From Selaginella moellendorffii (taxonomy: Eukaryota > Plantae > Lycopodiophyta), in the NCBI RefSeq assembly GCF_000143415.4, contig NW_003314286.1, positions 1,301,718-1,365,717 of the forward strand: 64,000 nucleotides of DNA, given 5' to 3'. The position numbers and the translations under genes are program-made. This document shows, in pieces, positions 27,520 through 39,529 of this stretch (position 1 is the stretch's first letter; every line of letters starts with the position of its first letter). The notes beneath the pieces are model-generated. The model was not told the DNA's origin, ran no database searches, and saw only the letters and a program-made list of their open reading frames with translations.

Positions 27520-28670
27520 AATGTGACTTCGGGTATCGAAAGTTACTTGTCAACTAGTCCTTACGGACACTCTTACCTTACTACCACGATGGCAGGAGGT
27601 CGGTATTGCTGGACCCTTTATCAGTCCCTCTTGTGCTAGTGGAGTTAACTGGGCATTTCGAGTGTACTTAGACCGGACGAGCATAAGGACGGAATTCCTA
27701 CGTGTTATTAGCTAAGCATACTTAGCCTGGTAAGGAGTTCCCGTCTCGTTTTGTCTTGCACTTGCTAGTGACAAGAACCCTCACGTATTGAGATTAGTCC
27801 CTCAATATCGCTACATGATAGCTTACCGTGTCTGCCAAACACCCTCGCTATCATGCCCTTTGTGTTAGTCTCATTTCGGTCCCAAATGCTATTTATGGAA
27901 AGTGTCCAGATTTGCTCATTTGGCATATCTACGGAATGTAGAGATCGGTCTGAACACAATGGTGTTCATCCCATGTCTAAATTCACAATCTAGAGACATT
28001 CCATATTTAGTAAATTTCGAGCTTGTCCCAGAGACTAACTTCTGATACTAAGGGAGGCTTGGGGTGAAAGCCCAAAGCGTGTGTTCCTCAAGGGGCGGGG
28101 GGGGGCGGGGGGGGGGCTGTGGGGGGTTCCAAATGTATAGTAGGGATAGTGGGTAGGTCAGGCATAGCCGACCAACCTGAGGCATAGTCTAGCTCCCGCT
28201 TGCGTTCTGCGTCCGACTTAGGTCTAAGCCTAAGCTCCATTCCATGCTAGTTGGTGGAGTACCCATATCCTTGCGTTAGGCCACCGGTATACCGAAATAG
28301 CGCTAGACTCCGTTTGGTCCTGGCATTAGGATGCTGGTTGCTCCAGGACTGTTCCAAGTCGCTCCGGGCTCCTGTCCCTTCGCTCCTTGGGCTATATGCT
28401 CGGGAGTTGCTCCGTGGTTCGGTTCCATCACTCTTTGGCTTCACGCTTGGGAGTTTGGCACCGTTCCTTTGTTCAGTGGCCAAAGGCCCTGAACCTTGGG
28501 TTCCTATGGACACGTGGCATGGACACGTGGCATCTGTCACGTGGCACAAAGAGGGTTAGGTTCCGCTTCGTGGTGTTATCCTATGGTAAATCACCATAGG
28601 ATAAAGGGTCAAAACCACGTGCGCTACATGGTGTTAAATGTCAGAAAAATGGGCATGATATTCAAGGCTT
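27520..28670. mobile_element. Degenerate LTR-related sequence, boundaries unresolved
   Basis: Contains the GGGGTGAAAGCCCAAAGCG...poly-G...GGTTCCAAA.GTATAGTAGGGATAGT block also present in the LTRs at ~36960 and ~52195. Confidence 0.4.
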
Positions 28671-29897
28671 AAGCATACTATGGATCTTAAGAATTTATGT
28701 TGAGGTGAACCTATGCGAAGTTGTTAGTAGGAGAAAGTTGGTTAAGTTTTGAAAATTTGCATTTCTAGACTAAGAGTCATTCTTTTTTTAGAATGGGAAA
28801 ATTTTTACAAATTTTCTTAGATTTATCCAATGGCTGATTTATTGATCATTTTGTTCGAAAACCATTCCATTTTTGTGAGCCAGTACAAATTAGTGAAGGA
28901 GTTGGAATTGATTTTGGTTAACTTAGACCTTAGTACGTAATTTGTATAATACAACCCAAAAGGGATGTTGACTTTTGGGGTTAAGGCAATTGAGTTGGAT
29001 AAGAGTCTAGAGTTGGTGTAAAAAAGTGGCCATTGCACTTTTCTAAAAAATGTGATATTTATGCCTTTCTTTTATAGCATTGTATTTGATAGTAGGTTGC
29101 ACTTTGCATTTTGTTAAACTCTATGGGAGTAATAAGCTCTCACTGATCTTGACTTGGTCTTGGTAGCCCTGCACTTTAGCTGAGGATGGTGATGTCCACC
29201 TTAGTTGCTTGAGGTTGAGATGTTAGTATCCATACTATAGCTTTGTCTATAAGGAGGTTGTGTATCGATATGATTCATCTCATGGTCTTCACTTTGGTTT
29301 CCATTGAGTGTTGATCATGCATAGCTAGCCTCTTCAAGACATGTTTAGAGCTAATGGCTAAATGCATTAGTGAGCTTATTGCGGTTGAGTTAGATTCGAG
29401 TGGTCATTTAGTTTATGCTTGTCCATGAACCTTTATCTCATACTTAGGGTATTACATTTATATTGGATAAGTATATAACTTGATAACGTAAGTTTAGTAT
29501 TTGGGTCTTGTGAAGGCAAGTTGAAGGGTGATTGTTAGTTGCTTTATGACTAGTGATTATTTATAGACTTCATCAAGGACTTTTGACTCTTGCTTCACTC
29601 GATAAAGATTTAGCAGTGACAGGTTTACTTTACTAGATAGTGTTGCAAAAGATCGTATCATAGACTTGTATAATTTTCCCATGTTAGCATATTGATTCTA
29701 CCTTTGTTGATATTATTTGGTTATATTTAGTTTGTGGTGTTAGATTTCATTGAGTCTTGGGTGTGGTGAATCACTCCTTGATTAAATGTTATCTATAACT
29801 GAGTTTTGCTAAAGGATTAGTTTTGGATACTAACTAAAGTATCTTCGACTTTGGTTAACTTAGTTGTTAAAGAACTTTGAGTGGTGATTCACTCTTG

Positions 29898-30152
29898 CTA
29901 GGGAAGTGTCTCGAGAATCAGGAATGTGGTCTGCATGTCAGGAATCCAGCGAGATTCAGGAATGTGGTATGAATTGGGGGATTCCTGACAACACCCCCTC
30001 CTCAAGAACGAGTGGAACGAGGACGTGAATGAGAACGAAGAGGAGGAGGAGATGGGCGGCGAGGGACGGGAGATGGAGGAAAAGAATGAGAACTGGGACG
30101 AGAAGGATAGCGGTGGTGGAAGTCCTGAACGAGGTCAGGAGAATGAATCAAG
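29898..30152 (-). mobile_element. 3' fragment of the 53618-58191 chromovirus family (chromodomain end, PPT, start of 3' LTR)
   Basis: Reverse complement matches 57645-57900, including the PPT TGAGGAGGGGGTG and the LTR start TGTCAGGAATCCCC. Confidence 0.9.
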
Positions 30153-30520
30153 TGTAAGCAACCAAAGGGAACGACTTGAGAGACGATCCATGGGGTTCAA
30201 ATATAGAGGGAAAGGGCCCATGAACAAGAGTGCACCCCCTTTTCCAATCGGTTAAGGGTCTTGGGATATTTGGGTTAAGCGTCCTTGGGTTTAAATAGTA
30301 CTGGGCTGGGTGACCTCCCGGGAAGTCCAAACTCAGGAGCTTACATTTGGTATCAGAGGGGTCTCGGGTCCGACTCTGTTTGTTGGCTAAGGGAATCACA
30401 CCACATGTTAATTGACATCTGGCTGGTCCAGTTTGTTCCCGCTGAGCTCGACCCGAGGGGTAGGGTGTCAAAAGAGTGGGGCTCTCGGGAGAGCTGTGGC
30501 TCTCAGCTTTCGTTCACGAG
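30153..30520 (+). mobile_element. Truncated Cassandra-type TRIM (copy 3); LTR 30153-30345, PBS, partial interior
   Basis: TGTAAGC...GCTTACA LTR with GTTAAGCGTCCTTGGG...GTACTGGGCTGGGTGACCTCCCGGGAAGTCC (5S A/C-box like), then TGGTATCAGAG. Confidence 0.9.
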
Positions 30521-30521
30521 T

Positions 30522-33420
30522 GTATCATCCTCTAACCAATCCGAACTGATTGCCGATATCGCTAGCGACTCAACGCATCCGGAACAATATTGTCTTTACT
30601 AGGTTAAGCTTGCCAACGAGCCTGCTTTGGCGTAAGCTTGGGCTGCGTAGCGAAGTAGTTTAGTGTGTTACTATCCATATAAACCTTGGTATGTCCACCC
30701 AAGTAGTGTATCCAGTGTTCCGGGGCCAACACTATAGCAAACATCTCTTTCTCATGCATTGGCCATCTTCGTTGAGTTTCATCCAATTTTTTGGAATAGA
30801 ACGCAATGGGACAACCATGTCGCCTTAGCGTAACACCAACCACTTTGTCACAATCTTGCTGTAACATAGCACCAATAGCATAACCAGATGCATCACAATG
30901 CACTTCGAAGGGTTTATCAAGATCTGGGATCCTGAGAACAGGAACCGTAGTCAAGATCTCCTTCAACCGTGCAAAAGCACGTTGGCTAGCTGGTGTCCAA
31001 TGAAACGGAATACTACTCTTCGTCAACTCAATCAATGGAAGAGCAATCCTTGCAAAATTGCGGATAAACTTGCGATAGTATCCCGCCAAACTGAGAAAAG
31101 ATCGAACATCTGATACAGTGGTCGAAACTTCCCAGGACTTCACTGCTTCCACCTTCTTTGGATCGACCTCAATCACGCCACCACCAACTATATGTCTGAG
31201 AAAGTTTACGCGCAATTGTCCAAAAGCGCATTTACTTTCCTTAGCATACAGTTTGTGTTCGCACAACTTTTGAAACACCAGCTCCAAGTGTTTCAAATGA
31301 TCCTCCAACGTTTCACTAAAGACTAGAACATCGTTGATGTATAGGACAACAAATGTGTCCAAATAATCTCCCAATATTCTATCCATCATAGTGCTGAACG
31401 TTGCCGGAGCATTGCATAACCCAAACGGCATGACAAGGAACTCATAAGATCTGTACCGAGTCTTAAAGGCTGTCTTCTCCACATTCTGATCTGCTACCTG
31501 TATCTGATGATACCTAGACCGCAAATCAAGTTGTGTAAAATACTTAGCCTTTAAAAGTTGGTCAAACAGGTCATCAATGCGAGGCAAAGGATAACTGTTT
31601 TTAACCGTGATCTTGTTGAGTGCCCAATAGTCAATACACATCCTCATGGTTCCATCCTTTTTCATAACAAAAAGGACCGGCGCTCCATAAGGTGACTTGC
31701 TTGGTCGGATATGACCTTTGTCAAGAAGCTCCATGAGTTGCTTCTTGAGTTCAGCCATCTCCTTGATGTTCAACCGATATGGAGCTTTTGTAGGTGGTTT
31801 AGAACCCGGAATAACCTCAATCCGATGATCAACCTCACGGCTAGAAGGTAGCCCTTGTGGCAAATCCTTTGGAAAGATATCCTGATTCCTCGCCAACAAC
31901 TCCAATATCCTCTTTGGTACAGGATCAACCCCGTCATCGATTCGAACTGAGTCACCAACAACCTCAGCTTCCATCACTTGAACCCAAAAGGTCTGACATC
32001 CCCTCTTAGCTGCTTTTTGCACGGCCCTCGCAGTTAGGAACTTTGCATCCCAATCCTTTGAGGAACGCTTTTGCAACTGAAAGGATACATCAGGACATCC
32101 TTCTGACTTCAACGTGATACGACTTTGTCCAGCACCATAAATCCCTTTTATATACTTGTTGAAGAAATCCATACCAAACACCATATGAAAATCTAGTATC
32201 TTCAACACTACCAAGTCCACTCTTTCTTTCCACTTGGATATCTTTATTGGAACATCACTCACAAACTTTCTGACTACTTTCCCACCTTCCGCAAACTAGA
32301 AGTGCATAGGTGACATTTGCTCAGCATTCAATCCTAACAACTTAACTAAGTCTTCGGATATCACGCTGTGTGTAGCTCCCGTGTCAATCATCACTCGGAT
32401 TCGGTGTCCACAGACAAAGCCTACCAGATACATCAATGGATCAGTGTTTGCATTGACTGCAAGAAAAGCTTGAGGAAAGCAACGAAAGTTACTCACCTCT
32501 TCTTCCTCATAGTTTGCATTGACCAACTCGTCAACCCCTTCAGCTTCACCACCACCGTCTTCCCTCATGACATTAACCCGAGACCTTATCTTATACTTGT
32601 TGGGACATTCCGAGGACCTATGTCCCGACTCTCCACAATGGAAACAATGACCCACACTACCCGTTCCGCTAGGAGCAGGTTTAGTAGATTGCTATTGCTT
32701 GTACCCACCAGGAGGAGGAACAGAGTGCCTAGGACCAGAAGAAGCTGCTGGTGGTCTCCAACCACCACCACCTTTATTAACCGTAGCTTGTGAGCCCCTA
32801 GGGCAGTACCTACTTTCCACCCTTTGTTTCTGATCACCTTGCTTATTCCCAGAATTTTTATTCTTATCCGAGTTACCAACATATGATTGTTGATATTGTT
32901 CCATGAGTGAGTGACTGAAGGCAACTTGCTGTGCTGCCTCCTTGCACTCCAGGTACGTCTTCAGCTTAAACTTCAAAATCTCATTACGAGAAAGTGAACT
33001 TAAACCCTCTAGAAAATAACTCCGAGCATCTTCGTCACTCATATTTGCAATCATAATGTGTTTCTAAGCAAACGCATTAACGTAATCCATAAGATCCCCT
33101 TGCTACTTTAACCGCCGCAGCTCCGCATGAAGTCTCAGACCAAGATCATCCGGCAAGTATTCCTTACGGATACGAAACCGCACCTTGGTCCAACTTCTAA
33201 TCTGCCCTTTTTCAGCACATACCTGGCGCCACCAAGTTTTGGCATGATCGGTGAGAAAGGATTGCGCGCATGCAACTTTCGTACGATCATCTATGTTTGC
33301 CGCTATGAAGTAGTTCTCCATATTGTAGACCCAGTCTTCCAAAACCTGATAGTCCCGCATGCCTCTGAAATTGGGTGGTTTCGGAGGCTTGAACTTTGAA
33401 ACTCGTGCAACCGGGGGTGG
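30522..33420 (-). mobile_element. Ty3/gypsy gag-pol remnant (gag, zinc knuckle, protease, RT, RNase H); no LTRs or integrase found
   Basis: CFHCGESGHRSSEC, MIDTGATHS, RT motifs SPYGAPVLFV..KDG, MPFGLCNAPATF, YIND (YIDD mutated), RNase H CDASGYAIG. Several in-frame stops. Confidence 0.93.
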
Positions 33421-33499
33421 CTACAGAACTTCATCGTCCTCAGAACTTGAGGAGGAGTCCGGTTGCTTAGGCTTAGCTGGTTGGGGATCTGGAGGAGGG

Positions 33500-33760
33500 A
33501 CAATAATTGTTTAATGGGATGCCTTTCTACAGTCTCATGTGTGTCATGGACAATGATGATCACTGCATATATGGATTGTGGAATGGTTGACGAAATGAAA
33601 ACTTTATTTCTTGTGCTGGCACACAAAGACATCATCTACTGGAACATAATGCTTTTGTGCTATGCCCAAAACTGGCATTTGGAGGAAGCCATTGCCCTCT
33701 TCAATGCAAAGGATCTGTTTGATTCTATGCCATTACAAACAATAGCTACTTGGAACTGCG
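33500..33760 (+). pseudogene. PLS-class PPR gene fragment
   Basis: VSWTMMITAY..G.VDE...LF...KDIIYWNIMLLCYAQN.HLEEAIALF...LFDSMP...ATWN resembles 31-35-aa PPR motifs. No start or end. Confidence 0.7.
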
Positions 33761-33773
33761 TTTAGGGTTTAGG

Positions 33774-36700
33774 ATCTATAGTGAGACGCTATAAATCTAT
33801 AGCGAGACGCTAGAGGAGCATGCCGAACACTTGGCGAAGGTGTTTGAGAAACTAAGGGAACACAAACTGTATGCTAAAGAGAGCAAATGTGACTTTGCTC
33901 AACAAGAGGTAAAGTTTCTCGGGCATGTGGTGGGCCAGGATGGGCTCAAGGTGGACCTGGAGAAGGTCTAAGCGATCCAGGAATGGGAGCGACCGTCGAA
34001 TGTTCATGAGTTGAGGGCATTCTTGGGGCTATGCAACTACTACTGAAAGTTTATCAGACACTATTCGAGAGTAGCCTTGCCCTTAATGGACCAAACAGAA
34101 AAAGGGAAGATGGTATGGACAGCGGAATGCGAGGCGGCCTTCGTCCACCTCAAAGGGAAGTTGAGGAAGGCTCCGTGTTAGCATTACCAGACTTTGGTAA
34201 GGACTTTGAGGTAGAAATGGATGCTTCGGACTTTGCGTTAGGCGCAGTTTTGAAGCAAGACAACCATCTAGTAGCATTCTTCTCGAAGAAGTTGGATAAG
34301 GCTCAAAGGAAGTGGCTTGCCCACGAGAAGGAACTGTTTGCGGTGGTCAAGGCGCTCAAGGAGTGGTGACACTACCTTAGGAGACACTTCAAGGTTTACA
34401 CGGACAATGTGGCAACGAAACACTTCTTGTCACAGCCTGACCTGAGAGGGAAACAGGGTCGGTGGGCCAATGCCTTGGCCGAGTTTGATTGCAAAATCCT
34501 GTACAAGCCTGGGAAGAGCAACATAGTGGCAGATGCGCTAAGTTGAAAAGCGAGCTTGAAGTTGGCGATATCCAGTGCGACAGCAACCTTTTGGGACGAT
34601 GTGCGGACAGTATATGAGAACGATGGTCTAGCACAAGAAGTGTTGCTAAGGAATCTAGAGGCACAGGAAGCTCACCAGAGAGGTGAGCTGCCAACGGAAG
34701 AGAAAACGGGTTATGCGGAACGCAATGGACTTATCTATTACAACCAAACGAGGGTATATGTTCCAAAAGGGGAACTAAGGAAGGTAGCCTTAGAAGAGTG
34801 TCATGACGGACCTCTTGTGGGACACGGCAGAGTGCCCAAGACGATGGGCTTACTCAAGAGGAAGTATCACTGGTCAGATATGGCTAAGGACATCCAAGAC
34901 TATGTAAAGACATGTTCAACATATCAGCAGGTCAAAGCCGTGACTAAGGTTAGTGGGGGCTTGTTGCAAAGCATCCCAACTCCAGATCGTCCGTGGAAAT
35001 GTCTTACGATGGACTTCATGACGGGACTCCCCCCAAGCGAGGGGTTTGATGCGATATTCGTGGTGGTGGACCAATTTTCGAAAATGGCACATTTCATACC
35101 CACCACAACGGAAGTGGATGCGGAAGGTGTGGCGAAGCTATTCTTCAAACAAGTGGTTCAAGTGCTGGGAAGGCCGGAAGAAATTATCTCAAATCAAGAT
35201 AAGATCTTCACTAGTAGGTTCTGGAGAACTCTCCTGAAACAGTATCGCACCAAGTTGAAATTCAGCACAGCCTATCACCCACAGACAAGTATTGGGTATT
35301 AAGTCAAGTTTGATGGCACTAACACTTCTTGACAGACGGACAAACGGAAAGGGTGAATAGGCAGCTGGAGGATTATTTGCGATGCTATGTCTCGGGAGAC
35401 TAGACTGATTGGGTAAGTCATTTGGGATTTGCAGAAATGTGTTATAACAACTCACCACATTTGAGTATCGGGGTGAGTCCATGGGAAGTCATCAATAGGC
35501 AAGCTATTGAAGGTCCTGTGGAACTCGGCGTGGCCGAGTCTCATGGAGAGTTACCTGTAGTGGAGGCATTCACGGTGGAAAGACTCAACATGTGGAATCT
35601 AGTGAGGGATTCCCTGGAACGAGCTCAACAAAGGCAAACCAAGTACGCAAACCAGAAGCGTTGGGATGTAGAGTTCCAAGCTGGGGAGAAGGTGTGGCTG
35701 AACACCAAGAACCTCAGGCTACCAAGTGGGATCAGCCAGAAGTTGACCCAAAGGTAAAAATGCATGTATTCCTGCAAATGAATTGATCTTGAGTTCCTTA
35801 AGCAGGTTCGCGGGGCCTTACGAGATTGAGGCACGAATCAGTAAAGTGGCTTACCGTCTCCGACTTTCTCGAGAGATGGGGAAGATGCACCCAGTGTTCC
35901 ACGTGAACTTACTCAAGCCGTACTTTGAGGATCTGCTTCACAAGGACAAGGTAAGACCTTTACCTGAGGTTATCCAAGGGGAAGAGGAATACAAAGTCGA
36001 GGCCATCATCAATGCGTGCAAGAGCAAGCGACAAAGATGTAAGGTGAGAGAGTTCCATGTGAAGTGGAAAGGATTTCCACACTGCGAAGCAACATGGGAA
36101 CCGGAGGAGAACCTAGCGAACTCGCGAGATCTAGTGGAGGAATTTCTACAAGGCAGAACTCTATGTACTTATGCAAAGTTCAATTAAAAATATCAATTTG
36201 TGAAGTTGAGCAATGGCATATGTTGGGACCCAAAGGCACGCCGAAGGTAAGCTAATTAGCATGGGTTGGCTAGGTCGACTAGGCGTGGGGCACTACACCT
36301 GACTCCCCGCAAGGATGTCGAATCCATAGACGTATTCTACGGAGGTTGGGTTCAAGTCCCAACCCCCTAGTAAAGCAAGGCTGGGTTCAAGTCTCGACCC
36401 CATACTAGGGCATGGTGAGGTGAGGGGTATAGGGACACCTATATTCTGTTGTCATGGGCTTTTGGCCAAGGAGGCTAACTTAGGCACACCACTAAGTGGG
36501 GGGATGCCCCCGGAGACATGGTCAACAAGTCATAGGATAAAAAGAGATGTTCAATGTGGGTATCGAACTTCTTCTATGGGTGGTGGAGTTGTAAGGAACC
36601 GACTCCCCGAAGTGTCGTAGGCTAAAGGATCCCCGAAAGCATGACTGAAATGACAAAGAGTTCATCGGATGGGACCGAGTCGAAGATCAAATTCAAGACC

Positions 36701-37968
36701 GACTCTAAGACCAAGTTCGAGATAGAGTCCGGGATCGAGTCCAAGGCCGAATTGGAGACCAAGTTCGAGACCGAGTTTGAGACCGAGTTCGAGACAGAGT
36801 CCGAGATCCAAATCGGGTCTGAGGTCGAGTCCGAAGTCGAGTCCGAGATCAGGTCTGAGATTGAGTCCGAGATCGAGTCTGAGACCGAGTCTGAAGTCGG
36901 GTCCGAGATCGAGTCCGAGATCGAATTCTAGACTAAGTCCAAATACTAATACGGGTCAAGGGGTGAAAGCCCAAAGCGTGCGTCTCCCAGGGGGGGGGCT
37001 GCAGGGGGTTCCAAAAGTATAGTAGGGATAGTGAGGTCCAGGAACCAGTCTTGAAAGAACTCTCCAGTAGTGCTTCCAAACTGACTTGAGGTTGAGATTG
37101 GGGCCAAGGGGCCTTGGGTGGGAGTGAGCATGGGCTTGAGTGGTGCCAGAGGGGCCACCCAGAGAAGTGCTCAAGAGCAACTCCCACTCCCGAAAGGGAA
37201 ACCGACTGCAGTGCTCTTGGCTCATGTGGAGTGGTGCCCCACTTGAGTACCTTGTGGCTCATTGGTCCTCGCCCTTCCTAGGGGCTTAGGCCTTCCCTTC
37301 GGGATGGAAGTGGGGGGTAGAGGTACCCATACCGGGCCGTTAGGCCATGGTGTTTCGCCCCGATGTCCCGAAGCAAGTGTTGCACCCAAGATTTGGGATT
37401 TAGAGGGTCCCATGATCAAATCTTGTTGTACCATGGGGTGTTAGGAACCTGGAGGCTTGGTGTGCTTGGCTGCTTGTGCCTGTGGGGAGTGTAGCCGAAC
37501 CTTAAGTCCAGTCTAACCCAGGGAGGGGGATTGGGAGAGATTTGGGAATCCGTGGATGGATGGCTAATGCTCCGTTGCTCGTGTAGTGAGTAGCTAAAAC
37601 CAAGTAGGACCAAGTAGGAGCTAGTACAATAGGCGAGAACCTTGGCGAGGGAACTTAGCACAAGCCAAGGCAGTGTTGGTCGGATAGATGAGATAAGCTG
37701 GCAAATTGGAAAGGAAAAATTTGTGGCTTACAGAATGGACATGGCCTTAGCATAATAGGCTAAAATGTTAGTGGTACCTTGGGGTGTTGGTCATGGGATA
37801 GAGCACTTGAACTAAGTGTGAAAATTGAGAGGTATGGATGCCATTCTCGAGGCTAACAAGCTCTAAGTCCTAAATTGGACTTATGGAGGTTATGAATAAT
37901 ACTCCTCTAAATGATCAGAAGTTGTGGTTAAGTGACTAAAGTAAAATGGAAAAAATTAGTCACTTACA
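33774..37968 (+). mobile_element. 5'-truncated Ty3/gypsy chromovirus: RT C-terminus, RNase H, integrase (with two introns), chromodomain, 3' LTR 36590-37968
   Basis: KLYAKESKC..FLGHVV, MDASDFALGAVL, integrase CLTMDFMTGLP...STAYHPQT, GPY motif, chromodomain FHVKWKGFPHCEATWEP. PPT-like GGGTGGTGGAGT precedes a TGTAAG...CTTACA LTR. Confidence 0.9.
36670..36930. repeat. Degenerate 6/12-bp tandem array (GAGTCC/GAGATC) inside the LTR
   Basis: Repeated GAGTCCGAGATC-like units. A related array lies at 51810-52190. Confidence 0.8.
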
Positions 37969-38623
37969 CCCTAATTGAAATGATGAATTATTGCAATTTT
38001 GGCCTTAGATGATAGGTTAAAGTTGAAGAGATCAATATACTCCTTGAATCAATTAACCATTGCAACATAAATACTGTTAAAAGGAGGAATAGAAAAGCAA
38101 GACAGAAATACAATAGAAAGTAATGGGGAAACAAAAATGATGGAAGTAAAAGTAAAAGTAGAGGGATGAAATGGAACAAAAATAAGAGGAATGAAGCTCT
38201 ATTTCATTAAAGTGGGAATTGTCATTATCCCACTTGTAAAATAAGGTTTTCAAACCTTTATATAGTATATAAATATAACAAAATTCAACTGCATTGAGGC
38301 ACATACCATTTTATTTTAAACAAGGAAATGTCTACTCAATCACTTCTCCTCCCCCTGCCACTGCTTCACCTCTCTCTTCTCTTTGTCATCGTCGTCATCC
38401 TTTTAATATTGGCTCAGTTGCTCCGAGTCTAGGTGGAGCCCAAGTCCCCATTCAATCTTTACTTTCCCCTTATTAATAAAACAACTTCGTAGACTTCCAA
38501 TAACATGCTGTAACACTTCTAGTATAATGCAAATCCTCTCAAAGAATTGTCTTTTAATTTCAATACAATGGCATGGAACCCCATGCCATAATAAGTTACA
38601 TTTTTAAATAAATACATGCCATC

Positions 38624-39490
38624 TCAGACTGTTATTTTTTGCCTCCAACGCCTATACAATAATCTTGGAATTTCATCACTCTCCACACTATCAAGATTTA
38701 AACCCAATAGTAATGCCATCTCTTCTCTAATACGTCCACGCTCATGTTCAGTGGTCGAAGAACCCATCCGGTTGAGCAGATTATGGAGATGTGGATAGTG
38801 CTTGGCTAGACAATATACATGCCATAAATGATGACTGGTGTCTGTCCGATCAAATGGCTTCTGATATACCGTTCCATCTGCCATTTGGTTGATTTCTGCA
38901 GCCACCTCCTGGACTGGCCGGTTCTCTATCACCATCGCTCCAAGCCGTTTTGCAAGGTCCCCCAGAACATACGGTTTCTTCTCCCTAGTTTCCATACTGC
39001 AAGAGATGGGGTGCACTGCATATGTGTGCGTGTTCGCTGCAGTTTTAATCGGCGAGTCATCGATGATGAGGATTTCACTTGACCTAGCAGTCCGGTTCAT
39101 CACTACAGCCTCTGGCTTGACGAAGATGGGCTTGCTACCCCTCACATGGACCATAGTCAAGCAATCCTCCTGTGTTAGGAGAAAGTCAAATGGTAATATT
39201 ACTCGCATCTGATCGTGCATCATCTGTAGCAACGTTAATGCATTGTGGCGCATCATGGATGTCCAAACTCCCAATTGCAAATTGAACCCGGCCCTCTGTT
39301 TTAAGTGTCGCATGGTCATTATTAGATCCCGCAGTTTCTCTCGTGTGATTAATGTGAATCTGTCTCTTTTGACCAACTTGCGACCGCAGGCTTTGGAGGG
39401 TGCAATGACATTCGAGGACGAGCCACGCTCATGGGAGAAAAGGACACCGTTCAGATCAAAAATGATACAGTACCTTCGCCGTGACTCTGA
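38624..39490 (-). CDS. FCP1/SCP-like (NIF) HAD-superfamily phosphatase domain, probably the last exon of the transposon cargo gene
   Basis: HAD motif I IIFDLNGVL, motif II VWTS, motif III PIFVKP, motif IV IIDDSPIKT. Preceded by an acceptor-like ...CATTTCAG. Confidence 0.8.
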   Translation of the reverse strand, partial: SESRRRYCIIFDLNGVLFSHERGSSSNVIAPSKACGRKLVKRDRFTLITREKLRDLIMTMRHLKQRAGFNLQLGVWTSMMRHNALTLLQMMHDQMRVILPFDFLLTQEDCLTMVHVRGSKPIFVKPEAVVMNRTARSSEILIIDDSPIKTAANTHTYAVHPISCSMETREKKPYVLGDLAKRLGAMVIENRPVQEVAAEINQMADGTVYQKPFDRTDTSHHLWHVYCLAKHYPHLHNLLNRMGSSTTEHERGRIREEMALLLGLNLDSVESDEIPRLLYRRWRQKITV

Positions 39491-39529
39491 AATGAAATGC
39501 GTCAGCATAAAAAATGGTACAAGTCAATT

